From the NCBI GenBank assembly GCA_028534125.1, contig CM052851.1, positions 2,790,001 to 2,854,000 on the forward strand: a DNA stretch of 64,000 nucleotides, written 5' to 3'. Below are positions 24,707 to 37,129 of the stretch, in pieces (position 1 is the first letter of the stretch; the number at the start of each line of letters is the position of its first letter). Under the pieces are notes generated by a model, which did no database searches, was not told the DNA's origin, and saw nothing but the letters and a program-made list of their open reading frames with translations. Made by a program: the position numbers and the translations under genes. This DNA comes from Lama glama. Taxonomy: Eukaryota.

Positions 24707-26389
24707 GGGCGGCTGCTCTTCTCCCCACAGACTCCCTGTTATAACTAGAGATGGGCTGACACCGAGACATTTGGACGGCGAGCGCCAACCCGTCCACGGG
24801 TCTGTTTCCTGGTCCCCAGAGAAATGCCATGTGTGTCCGTGGTGTGGCTAAGCCGAGGCCTTCAACTCCCAGCTCTCCGGGTGGGCTCTTTGGGCTGTTT
24901 CTGTCAAAGAGGGGACAAGGGACGGGGTCCCTGATCGTGGAAGGAGGCTCGCAGCTCGCCTCCCAACATGCGGGTCCTGGAGACCCCAGCAGACACAGCT
25001 CAGTCCGCGCTCTGCAGGCAGACACCACCGCACTAACCCTAATCTGTCGAGATACCTCCCGGGGCCTCCCTCTGCCGCCACCGGCTCGCCCACCCAGCCC
25101 GGCGGCACACAGCCTCCCCGCCATCCAGAGCCTCTTGGGGGCGCGCAGGGCACACGGGCTCTTTCCGTCCTGCGCGCGGCTCCGCTTGCAGCCAGACGCC
25201 CGCAGACACGCTTACCGGTGCCCCTTCTTGAGCCTGGAAGGCAGAGGAACTTTCTTTCCTCCGGATCCTCCCCCGCCGCCTCCTGCGACGTGCGCCCACG
25301 GTGCTGCGGCCCGGAGGCTCTTGGCAGTGGTGGGGGCTGGAATGGGATCGTGCCAGCTTTGCTTAGCTTGCTTTCTTTATTTCTGCAAACCTATTGGCAT
25401 AATTCCAAAGTGGCCAAACAGATGTCACCTGGAGTTAGTCAAAGCACAAAGTCACGATTCCCAGGAGGGGAGACCCGGCCGTGGGATCCAGCCAGTGGGC
25501 AGCTGCCTGGGTCCGAAATCTCCTCAAGGGAAAGGTGGCTGTCTGCCAGGAGCGTCCATCCAGGAGCATGAGAAGGGGGTTCTGCCTTTCAGAATTTTTT
25601 AAATTGAAAGTGTGTTGAATTCTGCAGAGAGCAGAGCATCCGCTCTGACACGCAGGACAAGACGCAAGGCTAACGGCGGGCGCGGCGGCGGGGGAGGTGG
25701 GTGGGGCGCGGCGCCCGTGGCCTGAACCCGGCCGGGGCAAGCATCTCTGCTGAGACAACCCTTTGTCCTCGGAGGCCAGGGAAGATGGCACCTGGGGGCT
25801 TTTTCCCTCTCCCTCTGAGCGTCCAGGAATCCCACCAGTTTGTCTTAATAGTGCAACAAGCTTTTTGAAAACCCAGTGGGTCTGGCGTGTAGACAGAACC
25901 CGGGGCTCAGAACAGAAGGGGCTGCAGGGAGAGGGTGCGAAGCACGCACAGACAGCAAAGAGCAGGGAGGTCTCCTGCCCTGCCAGTCCTGCCTCTCTGG
26001 CCAGGCTTTCTTGAGCCCTGCCCCACTGTCTCCCCCGCAGCCCCTCCCCTGTAACAATACCTCTGATTCCCAAGGGAGGCCACCAACCGCGCACGGGCCA
26101 CAGAGCACGCAGCCAGGCATCCAGCACCTTCTCCTGCGTCCGGAAGCAACTCGAGTGTCAGGCTTTTGGCTTTTATTATGATTTCAGAACTAGCCTAGCC
26201 CATCTCTAATTATAAAAACATGATTTTTTTCTTTTTTTCTTTATGCTCAGAATCAAGTGTCTGATTAGGTCTGGAACAGCTCTAGAATGAACATGTAAAA
26301 TTTAGCAATTCAACCCTTTCTTTACTGCAAGTTTAAATAGTTGTACAGATAGTTTATAAGCACAATATTTTAAGAAAAAAAAAAAGTGG

Positions 26390-26592
26390 NNNNNNNNNNN
26401 NNNNNNNNNNNNNNNNNNNNNNNNNNNNNNNNNNNNNNNNNNNNNNNNNNNNNNNNNNNNNNNNNNNNNNNNNNNNNNNNNNNNNNNNNNNNNNNNNNNN
26501 NNNNNNNNNNNNNNNNNNNNNNNNNNNNNNNNNNNNNNNNNNNNNNNNNNNNNNNNNNNNNNNNNNNNNNNNNNNNNNNNNNNNNNNNNNNN
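26390..26592. other. Assembly gap (203 N) inside the SHANK2 3'UTR
   Basis: Run of N. Confidence 1.
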
Positions 26593-29235
26593 TTCTTCAA
26601 AAATGGTTGTAATTCACAATGCAGCAGTTTCTCCAAAAACAAAGACACTCACCCCATACACACAGTTTTTCCAGCCACTCGCCCTGAATTGGAAACCGAG
26701 TTTTGGACCTTCTGTTCCAAAACCTTTTGCAGGTCACTCTTTGTATCTCAACGACCCTTTCCAACCTGAAATCAGCATAACACGAAGGCGCTTACTTCTT
26801 TGTACTTTCAGTTTTCCATTGTGAGATGAACGAACATCACCCTCGAGAAATTTCAAGCCAAGATGCTACAGGTGGCCTGTCAAGGCCACCCAATCTTCCA
26901 GAAAATGTAAAAATGGTGATCTGGCCAGTATTTGTCTTCCATCTGGTGATGTTGCCAAGTCCAAGTCCGCCACTTCACCACAGCCCCTCCCCTGTGCCCG
27001 CTGTTGGGGTTACCCCTCCGCTCAGTGCCAGGCAAAACGCTAGACAGGCTGACAGGAAAGGAAGCCGTGGGTAGACCGTAGCCAGTGGCAACTCGGCGGC
27101 GTTAGGGTTACTGCACTTTGGTGGCCGAAAGGTGAGAGCCGGTCCTTAGAGACTTCGAGGCGCATGAACTGAGCAGAAGCGAGCAGGCTGAAAGTCGAAA
27201 GAGCTGACGACATGGTCTATTTTCACACCACCTTACTACAGAAAAGGCGCAGGACCTATCAGAACCTGCACTGACCACAAAATAAACACGTTGCCAAAAT
27301 GAATCGGGCTCTAGCTCCATTTGATGGTTTTGCCACCGGAAGCAATAGTTCCTCCTTCAGGTCCCCGCCCACTGCCCTCCCCCGTGGGACACGCCAGGAC
27401 CAGGCCCTCCTCCACGACCCTCTTTACTGGTGAAACAGATGTTAGACTGCTCAAATAAAGATCATGTTAATACTATCCCAGGTTTTAAAAAGATCAGCTT
27501 TTTTTGTTATATACTGTAATTTAAATAAATTGCATTTACACGCCTAGTTTCTGTAATATTGTGTATACAAAATCAAAACCTCTCAAGATGTAAATTATGT
27601 CCACCTGCCAAGATACCTTCTCCAGGGTGTCTGTGCGCATTTTAAGTTAATTCATATAATATAAAAATGACTCAATGTGACTGTTGATTTGCTGAACCTT
27701 ACATATCACAAGTGAATTATTTGTGGTACTTTAGTTAATAAAATGGTGGGTTTTTTCCTGAGTTACTGAACAAGCAAGCATCACCCAGGGTGACCTGGCT
27801 ATGACTTTTTGTGTGTGGGGGGCCACAAATATTGATTTTTCCCGTTAACAAATTTTTCATTTGTTTTTTAGAAGCTACTGTTTCACACTACAGTTTGTGT
27901 AACATGTGTTCACATTATCTACGTTTCTGTTACTTTTGTGCTTTTATTCTTTTTAGACCTCATTAAAAACAGAAAGAAAAAACAAGCTCCTGTAATTTGC
28001 ACTTTCTCCCAACCCTCAATCTCTTGTATGGCAACCAAAATTACCGTAAAAAAATAAATACACTATTGCACTACGGTGGTGGTTCTGATTGCAAACAGTG
28101 AGAACTGTCTGAATTAAACAGAGTGGCCAAGCTCACAGTGCCACATAGGTTACCTGAACATCACAGCCACTCAAGCAGATAACATCCTTCATCAAGGAGT
28201 GAAAATTCTCCTTGCACTGAGCTCATCCACCTTGGTTCCATTTCCTTACAGTTTTCTCAGTGACTAGATGGACACGTGTTGATCTCAGAACTGTGTAAAA
28301 CGTCGCCGCGGACGTCTGTGAACCCTGCGGGGAGGGGTGGCTGAGATCTGGCTGGCCTTCTGCGGGGTGGAAGCGGAGGAGGCATGGATGCTGAGCCCTG
28401 AGTGAGGGCCCCCCACGCCCACGCAATGCAGAGCCAACGCGTATGCGTGCTCTGAGGCCTGGGGCAAGAGAACGAGTCTCCTGGCAGAAAAATGTGCCAG
28501 GAAGACACGGGCTGTCCCTCCCAGGGTAGGGAAGCAGAGTCTGACCTTAACTACTGAACCCCTCCTCTGGCCTCATCAGAGAACACTCGCCGTCCAGCTC
28601 CTGGACAGTCTCTGTTGTGGCGCGTCCTCCATCCAAACGGCAGCCACTGTGTCTCATGTCCGTCAGAAGGTCCCATCCTCTGACCTGCTGTAGTTTATGC
28701 TCCCTGGAGCGCCCCCACTTCACATCCCTTGGTTTCTCCCAGACCGTACCCCCACCCCCTATCCACTGTCCAATGGTTTCTTCCAGACAAAGGTATCAGT
28801 TTGTCTTGTTAAGGAAAATACATACACTGGAGGGCTGTTTCTTTGACTTCTACTTGATCTGAGGCATTTTAATAACCAGTGAACTAGAACGTCTCTCTGT
28901 GTTTGTAGATCTGCACACGCGAGCAGGGGACGGTTCCCCGGTGGCAGGGTGAGCACGCTGGACTGCCCTGCTTGGTGGGGAATCGGGTCATTTCCAGACT
29001 TGTTTCTCAGACTTCAGCAGATTGATCCCTTCAATTTTGAATCCATGCTGTATCAGTGACTTTGTTTCTTTACTGTTGCTGTAACACATTTCCACATTTC
29101 AGTCTTTTACTGTTTTATGTTTAAAATTACAATCACTGTCCATTGCTTCTACTCTGGAACTCTTTGTTTATAACAATTCTGAAACTTCAATGTGAGCCTT
29201 CAAATAAATATAGAGATGAAAAAAAATGAAAACAA

Positions 29236-29241
29236 AATAAA
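29236..29241 (+). terminator. SHANK2: Candidate distal SHANK2 polyadenylation signal
   Basis: AATAAA followed by GTGTGTG and TCAGTGTT; a second AATAAA lies at 29203. Confidence 0.5.
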
Positions 29242-30749
29242 GTGTGTGCCTTCAGTGTTCTGAATCTGACCTGCATAAAATCATGCTGTGCTCAAATGCT
29301 GTGTATTTAATGAGGATAAATATACCTCCAATGTACAATGTAGCTGATGAAACAGTCCTAGTGCCTTGGTTTCTGAACTGAGAAGCCCTCTCAATGCACG
29401 AGAAGTCAAAGGTGACTCGAGGAATGAAATGTCAAGGAGCCCTGCAGCCTTTCTCACCGAGACTGGCGCATACATAGTCATTTCAGTTAAAAAATAAAAA
29501 GAAAATTGAAATAAGATTGTGTTATCAATTAATTTTCCATTCAAGATGCTCTCTAGTGTGTCACTTTCAGTATTTTCATTCAGTTAAAATACCAAACATG
29601 TCTGAGAATTTCAAAGAACAGAAGATGACATCTCGACCAAGAGGCTGGGGCTTCCAGGGCGCCTTCCCCTGCGCTGCGTCGCCCCCCAGTGGTTCTCGGC
29701 AGTAACGCTTGTCCAAGTCAGCAGTACCATCCTCTCCACGTTTTGTTAAAAATCAACCAAATGTTTGCTTTTAGTGACAGAGGCCACTCATCACAAAAGA
29801 ATTATCCCCATTTCCCATGAGCTACAGGCATGGCGATCCACGGTCTGTCTGTTTCCAAGAGACAGACGACGTGAGAACACCAGTCTAACCCTCGTCTCCA
29901 GCCACCGCGCTCCATTTACCCAAAGCTAAATTCACGCTCCCCTGAGCAGCCCCTGTCACCTTGGAAGATGAGCCCGAGGTGTGCAAAGCGGGTCAGAAGC
30001 CGCTCTGCCTGGGACTGGAGTCATCTCAGCAGCAGCAAGCCTGCAGGACGGTGCGGTCCCGGCGGAGCCGCTGCCACCCGCCTTCTCAGGGCCCTGGGTG
30101 GGCAGGTGCCCCTGGCTGCGTCCACTGGCACGTCCTGGGTTGGTCTGCGCGGTGAGCAAGCAGCCACACGCTGGGCCTGCTCACCGCACATGACCACCAG
30201 CAGGGCTGCCGTTTACCTGGCCAAGCCATTTGGATATGCAGACTTCTTCATTTCAGCTCATGCAGCCAACATCTGAGCGTCCAAAGTGGATGGTGCCGGA
30301 GAGACGGCCAGGTCTTTTAGGGGGCCCCATTCCACATGCTGCTGCCGCCTCTACTGGAAATACGTACGTGTCCAGGAGTCAGAGGATGAGCCAGGGCACT
30401 GACCACAGCCGCTGGGCCAGACAGGCAGCTGAGCCCGGGGCCCTGTGTGACATGGGCCCAGGGAAACGGCTGGGCCAGTTTCAGTACAGCCAGGTGAGCA
30501 GGACCGAGCGTGGAGACAGCCAAGCACTCACCACGTATGGTGGCCTGCACACCTGTCCTGCCACCAACCTCGCAGTCCTCCTTGCCAAGGAACTTAAAAG
30601 GAATTAAAGATGTCCCTCAAACCCCAGAACCCAGAGAGCAGGAGAGCATGGTCCTTGAAGGTCCAGAAAAGTGCCTAGAGCACCAGGCAGAAATCACCTG
30701 TTTCTGTGCATGGTCCTGAGAGGTAGTCGAGGCTGGAAATAACTAAATA

Positions 30750-30885
30750 TCTTCGTGCCAGGCACCACTCAGAGCACCACACCCTGAGTATCTAACACAA
30801 TGTGAGGTGGGGACAAACAGCCCCATTTTACAGATGAGGAGGCTAAGTCTTGCCAAGGTCCACAAGAGTGCAGAACCAGGCTCTG
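30750..30885 (+). mobile_element. MIR remnant
   Basis: 'gtgccaggcac...ccccattttacagatgagga...cttgccaaggtccaca'. Confidence 0.65.
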
Positions 30886-32929
30886 CTGTAGGGCTTCCGT
30901 TGCTAAGTCAACTTGTAGGAAAGAGAACCCGAGAAGGGCTGCTGGGGTCAGGGCCCATCACTGACAACAAGGACACCCCAGTCTGCTCCCCTCCAAATGC
31001 ATCTGTACAGGGCCAGGGGTCCAAGAGGCTGGGCAAGTTGGCGGCTCCTCCCAGGTGAACCCTTTCAGGGCTGTGAAAAAGAGATTTAATTCAGAGGCAA
31101 CCTGGCTACCTCACTTCCCCAACTAGAATCAGGGAGGCCTGGACCTCAGGATGCCGGGTTTTCTCAGAGCCAAGACGTGATACATGTAAAAGGACCCACA
31201 GCTTAGAGATGTGTGACACATGGCACCTGCCTTCATTCCCACAAGAACTCCATGAGGTAGTATCGCGAAGCTGAGGAACCCAAGGCACAGAGAAACCAGA
31301 TACCACTGCCAGAGGTGAACAGACCGCCGGAAGACCTGAGTCCTCGCCAAGGGAGTGGCCCTCCCACTAGACTCTTCCTCCCCAGCCTAGGTGACCCCAA
31401 CTCCTCCCAGCGCACTCCTCTGTGCCCTAGTCACCCAGAACACACTTCTGCTGCTTGCAACTGCCGATCCCAGGTGATGCAGTGCCTGACTCCAGTGCCA
31501 GTGTTTCTCCCACCCCGCAGCCTACAGCCAGGACCAGGGCAGCCCCTTCCCCTCCCTTCACCAGCACCTTCAGGGCAGACACAAAGGCCAGCCGAATGAA
31601 AGATGAGGTGAGGAGTCACACAGCTGCAGAATGAGTCTGAAAAGGAGGCTGACAGGCCCCCACAGCTTTGAGCTCCACGTGACGCCAAAGGCTCGGAGCT
31701 GGGGGCCCTCCCTCGGCCTGGAGCCTGCCATCTGGGCAAGCTGAAAATAAAGGCTCCATTTCCCAGCAAGAGTGTATAAATGTAGCTTCGAAGGCCCTGA
31801 TAGAGACATCGAGGCCCTGGGGAGAACCGCTCGGCCTGAGACCTCAGCGCCCCACGGGCTGCCAAGAGAACCCAGCCCTCCCTCTCCCACACAGGCACCA
31901 GCCACCAGCTTCCCTGGCAGCAGCCTGGAGAACGGAGTGGACAGAGCGATGGCTCTCTTCGGTGAGGGGAAGAGACCATAAAAAGAGAAGATCGGATGTC
32001 GCACAAAACGCACGCAGGCCACCGCGTATGCACAGCAGCAACACAGAAAGGGCCACGCAGGTCCCAGCTCGGCCATCGAGGCCGGCGCCCACCTGGCCCT
32101 GACCCCCCACCTCTCCAAGCATGTCCTCCTTGTTCACCTAGCTCCAGTCACCTTTTCCCCCTTGAGTTCTCCTTTGTACCTGCTGCTCCTGGCACCCCCA
32201 TCTCTGCATGGCTTCCTGCACCACCAGATGAGAGTAGAACCATCCCAGTCACACGCTCCCATCTCCCCAGTTCCCTTCTTCGTGGCATTTATTACTATTA
32301 TTACCTCAAGGTGGCTTATTAATTTGCTTATTGATTATCTGCCACCCCTACCACCCCACACACACTTCTAGAAGGTAAGCCCCAGCAGGACCCGAGCTCC
32401 GCCTACCTCAGCACTGCTGTTTCCCTGGCACAGGCAATGTCTGCAGAGGCAGCCTATCCTTCTCCAAGAGGCCCCTGGTCGCCCCTCAACACTCAGCCCT
32501 CTGCAGCTGCAGCCACTCCAGCGCTGGAAGCTTCCATCTGGTCCCCAGAGACCTAGTAAGGACAGAGACTTCTCTAGTGCCTCGAGGGACCCGTCCCGAG
32601 CACTGCCTGCCTCTGCGCGGACCTTCCCTGTTCCCTGGCCTGGAAAGTTACTGGGACTCTCCCCTTAACTCACCCATTTACCTGCAGCTCTTGTCCTAAC
32701 CACCTGCTGCAGGAGCACCCCTGCAAAACCAGGCACTTCCTCTATCTGGAGCTACATACCTATCAGGCCCTGCCCCAGTAGAGGCTATCAGGGCAGAAAT
32801 CAGAGCTATTCCCAGGTGCAGGGGGTGGGTCACCAGGTAGGGAGAGAGGCACTTACCAAATCCCTCATCAGCGGCTACACAGTCGGCCCTGGGCAGACGC
32901 CTGGGCTCAGTCGCCTCCTGCCTCTCCCT

Positions 32930-34000
32930 TGCCCACCACGGACCTGCCACACGTGCTAGGCCGCACCAGGGACGGCCACCTCCGTTCCCGCAAGTGGAAA
33001 GCACCAGCACCACGGGGCCACCCGCGGGACTGCTGGGAGGACGGAGACCCCATTGGGCCGGGGCTGGGAGCGCAGTGATTCTCCCAGAACCGGGTGTTTG
33101 GGATAGTTACCTCGATTCCAGCTTCCGGAAACAGGCGCCCCTTCCGCCCTGTGCTCGCCTGAGCGCGGCTCCGCGGAGCACAAGGGCGGGCGCGTGGGCG
33201 ACGCCTTCGCCCTCCTGTGGGCCCCAGCTGGCCCCGGGCGCCTCTGCCGGGGCTCTGGGTGGAAAACGGCCAGAAAGCGGGGCGCACAGGGGTCCCACGG
33301 CCCGGCCGGGCGTCGAGGGGCCTCACGCGCCACTCTCGCGGCGGCCCCCACCCTGCCCGCCCTGGGCACGGCCGACAGCGGAGCCGCCTCCAGGCCGGGG
33401 GCCCTGCGCCAGCACCCCAGGCCCCAGCGGCCCCACAGACCCGAGGCAGCCGCGCGGACGCTCCTCCAGGCCCCGCGCGCCCGCCTGGAGCAGGCGCGGG
33501 AGGAGGGCGCAGAGGACGCCGGGCTCGCTGGCCACGTGCCGCCCGTGGGCCAATCATAACCGTAAAGAGACCGTTGGGCTCGTGCCCCTCGCGGACCAAT
33601 CAAGACTGGCAAAGGGACTGGTGGTCACGTGCCCCAAGTGAACCAATCACGATTGGCAAACGAGTGTGGCTCCATGATTGGCCCAACTGAAGTAAGCTTG
33701 CAGCTTCTGACCAATCCGGAGGCCAGGAGGCAGCCGTGGACGAGGCGGCCCCGCCCACCAGGAACGGTGGCTGGCGCGGTGGCGGCCGTCGAGGGCACCG
33801 TGGGGCGCGGGGTCTGCAGGTGCTCCCCGGGAGCTGGCCCTGGAGAAGCGGAGAGCTGTGCCCGGCTCCCTTTCCGCACGGAACCGAGGCCTCGGCGTGG
33901 GCTGCGGGGAATGGGACCCCCCCCCCGTCCCCACACCCACTCTCAGCTGTCGGCCGGGCAGGGGCCCGGGCAGCCTTGCGAGCCCTGCAGTTCCGTCGGG
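32930..34000. promoter_or_regulatory. Orphan CpG island with promoter architecture (6 CCAAT/ATTGG boxes, E-boxes, GC boxes, ETS motif)
   Basis: Much higher CpG density than the flanks; CCAAT at 33550, 33596, 33643, 33711; ATTGG at 33652, 33677; CACGTG at 33533, 33626; TTCCGGAA near 33123. Confidence 0.8.
33533..33672 (+). repeat. Degenerate tandem repeat, three units of ~46-47 bp, each C(A/T)CGTG-N11-CCAATCA
   Basis: Units start at 33533, 33579 and 33626 and align by eye. Confidence 0.8.
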
Positions 34001-35214
34001 AGCACACTGTTGAGGGTCATTAATCTTAATTAACAGATTCGTTGTTTTGAGTTTCTAGGCCGCACAGGCACAGTGGATCCACATTGAGAAATAGAAAATT
34101 CCCGCAGTCCTGCCGCCAGACTGTGGGAGCATCTAGGCAAACATCGCTCTCTGTCTCTTAACGCCCACCCCCTTACCTTCTTTTGAATCACAATGTGCTC
34201 GCACTTCTCCGCTTTCCTTTACCGCAAGCCTTTGTCCCCAGCTCTTCGTGGTAATGGTGACTGGTATCCCAGTGAGCAGGTACCCCGTAATTTCTTTGAC
34301 GAGCCTCTTGTAGTTGGACATTAGGGTAATTTACATTGTTACAGCATTGTCTTACATCCAGCTCTCTTCAGGCGTGGTCTTCAGATCACTGCCACTCATG
34401 CCTCAGCCCTCAAGGACAGGTTCTTGCAGACAGGTCGGGGCAGATGTCAGTAAGATGATGACAGAGTATCTGGGGTCCAGTCTCAAGAAATGCATGTCCA
34501 CGTCCCAGGTCAGGGGATTGATAGCTACACAGCCAGGGCGGCTTAACACAGCTTGGAACATCTTCACTTTTATCCCTGGAAGCAGATCACTTTTAATAAT
34601 AGTTGTATCAATTGATACCATGTTTATCTGCCAGTAAAAGAAACCCCATTTAAAAGTGGCTGAAACAAATCATACTTTCTTCTTTTCATGTGACAAAAAA
34701 TGTAAGCTCCAGGAGGGCAGGGGTTCTGCCTTGTTCACTGCCCCAGCATCTAGAACAGAAGGTTCCCAAGTAGGGATGCTGGAGGACTGCATGAATGACA
34801 CGATGCTAGGTGGGCAGTTGCTGGCTTTCGTCTGACAGCTCGACATTGTCAAGTCTGAGATTCAGCCTTTCCCTCAAACTTATCAGCATCAGCCTCACAG
34901 CAACGGAAGGCTGCTGCCACTCCACACATCACATTCTCTTCCAAGGCAGGAAGAAGAGGAGAAGGCCACTTCAGCTGTGTCTGTCTTCCTTGAACAGGGA
35001 AGCCAGTGCTTTCCCAGAAGTGTCCACTAACATGCCATCAACCACAACAGTGTCTAGAGCAACCTAGGGGCAAGGAACGGACGGGAGCAGCTGGCTTGGC
35101 ACAGTGCTGCCAGGAACAAAACTGGGGCTGTGTGAAGAGGAGAAGATGAATGGAGAATGGGTGGGCAAGCGGCAGACACTGTCACAAGAGTGTATGGGTA
35201 GAGCGTCCTCACTA

Positions 35215-35754
35215 AGCATTTTTTTTATACAGTTGACTTACAATATCATATTAATTCGAAGTGTACAATATAGTGGTTTGATATTTTTATAGATTTTACT
35301 CCATGGAGCAACTATAAAATATTGGCTGTCTTCCCTGCACTGCACATTACACCCCTGTAACTTGTTTATTTTATACCTGGTAGTTTGAGCCTCCTAATCC
35401 CCTTTGCCGTCTTGCTACCCCCCAGCCCCTCACCAAGCGTTTTTAAGTGTCCAGTCCTGCCGCATTAAGTACAGTCACAGCGTCACACAACCATCACTGC
35501 TAGTGTCACCACTCCAGACAGAAACCCCCTCCCATTACCAGTCACTTCCCCTTCCCCCCGACTTTCCTCAACCCCTGGAAACCACTTACCATTTAATCTC
35601 CGTCTCTGTGGGTTTGCCGTATGAGTGGAGTCATACACTGCATAGCCTTTTGTGTCTGGGGTTCTTCACTTAGCATATTTTCGAGGTTTTATGGCTGAAT
35701 AATATCCTGTTACGTGGTTAGACACGTTTTGCTTACTCATCTGTCAGTTGATGG
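35215..35754 (-). mobile_element. L1 3'-end fragments
   Basis: T-run followed by 'cagttgacttacaatatcatattaatt...gtgtacaatatagtg' and typical L1M 3'UTR text; boundaries approximate. Confidence 0.7.
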
Positions 35755-36435
35755 TGTTGACATAAATAATAAACAATAATTATAGGCAAGAGGTTTTTTT
35801 TAGAACATATTTTGATTGACTTTTTTCTTTTTTTTATTCTTTTTTTTATAGTTTTGGGGGGGTAATTAGGGTTTTTTTAATTTTATTTTTTGTGGAGGTA
35901 CTGGGGATGGAACGCAGGACCCCGTGCATGCTGAACACGCCCTCCACCACTGAGCTCTGCCCTCCCCCAGGAAAGAGTTTTATCAGAGCCAAACTGAGGA
36001 CTAGCCTGGAGGCCCGCTTCCCCGTGACTGTGAGAAAGCGCCCCGGAGAAGCGGGGCTTCCAGCACAGCTTCATATCTTGTCAGAACAAAGAAACGTTAA
36101 CAAGGCAGGGATACATTTCTTCACAGTTTCCAAAAAAAGAAGAGACCAGCAGGTACATGGTGAATCAGCACAGCCTTGGCACCTGCGAAGGCAGTCTTAC
36201 CATCAGCGGAGGACCAGCACTGGCGTCCCAGGAGGAGGGGCATCAATCTTTATTTGTATTTGTAATAGGGACATCTTTGCTTTCAGCCAGTGTGCCCATG
36301 TCTTTAATGAGTGAAGCAGATGAACAATGTATGTTTGACGGGCCACAAACAGGCTATTGCAGTTAGCATCAAGCTCAAGCTCACTCGCGTATAAGCCAGA
36401 ACATCTTCCCTGCATCTCAAGATGTGAACATTTCT
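35755..36435. mobile_element. Probable ERV LTR inserted into an L1 fragment and itself interrupted by a SINE
   Basis: Starts TGTTG where the L1 text breaks after 'cagttgatgg'; L1 resumes at ~36445 with 'ggacacttggg'; resembles the segment at 41965-42380. Confidence 0.5.
35815..35968 (-). mobile_element. tRNA-derived SINE (camelid Vic-1-like)
   Basis: Reverse complement reads GGGGGAGGGCAGAGCTCAGTGGTGGAG...GTCCTGCGTTCCATCCCCAGTACCTCCA followed by an A-rich tail. Confidence 0.85.
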
Positions 36436-37129
36436 TTCATCAAGGGACACTTGGGTGATGTCCACCTTCTGGCTATTGTGACTAGAGCTGCTGTGTACAC
36501 AGGTTTTCAAGTATCAGAGTAGCCATTCTCAGCTCTTTCGGGCACATACCTGGAAGAGGAACCCTGGGTCATCTGGTAACTCTCTACGCTGGCCTTGGTG
36601 AGGAGCCGCCAGACTGTTTTCCACCGCAGTGGCTGCACCATTTGGCAGTCCCTCCAGTAGTGGGTGAGGGCGCCACCCTGGAGAATTTTAAGGGTGACTT
36701 CAAACCCCAATGTGGTGTGAAGCTCAGGGGTTACAGGATGGCTTATAAAGCAAAATGGAGGAAGATGGTTAACCTTTACAATGAGTGATTATTACAGGGG
36801 GAGAGGGGGCGTCCAGACCACAGAGGGTTGGTTATCTACCATTTTGGGGAGAAAACTTAGGTTTTGTGTAAGATTATCAGCGGCATTCACAATAAATAAC
36901 CCAAGTTCCGCTTATGTTCCTGAAATAAGCGAGATTAAGTGTTGCTTAACTGGCTTTGCTTGGGGCTCTTCGAGCCTTGTCTCCATTGTACTTTAAACAC
37001 AAGGAAGCCTGGGAGTGGCTGGCACTCTCCTGGGTGGGTCTTAAGGGAAGTCTGAGAAATGGCCCCCATCTGTGGTCAAACGGGGCAGGCCATGTGATTC
37101 CATGTGCGTGACACGTGCGGGACAGGCAG

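Larger units (their letters stand above)
24707..29260 (+). other. SHANK2: SHANK2 3'UTR (end approximate; several candidate poly(A) signals)
   Basis: Follows the stop codon; AU-rich blocks; AATAAA at 27524, 27737, 28053, 29203, 29236 (followed by GT-rich sequence) and 29493. Confidence 0.65.

Noticed and set aside
24829-26127. 257-aa and 230-aa ORFs after the SHANK2 stop
   Set aside because: GC-rich 3'UTR that is stop-poor by chance; no homology recognised
26370-26769. ORFs containing X runs
   Set aside because: Artefacts of the N gap
33533-33715. ERSE (CCAAT-N9-CCACG) or CRISPR-like interpretation of the repeat
   Set aside because: Motif order and spacing do not fit ERSE; eukaryotic context, only three degenerate units and no cas genes
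32907-34033. Many overlapping 130-230 aa ORFs on both strands
   Set aside because: Expected in a CpG island; Arg/Pro/Gly/Ala-rich with no identifiable protein
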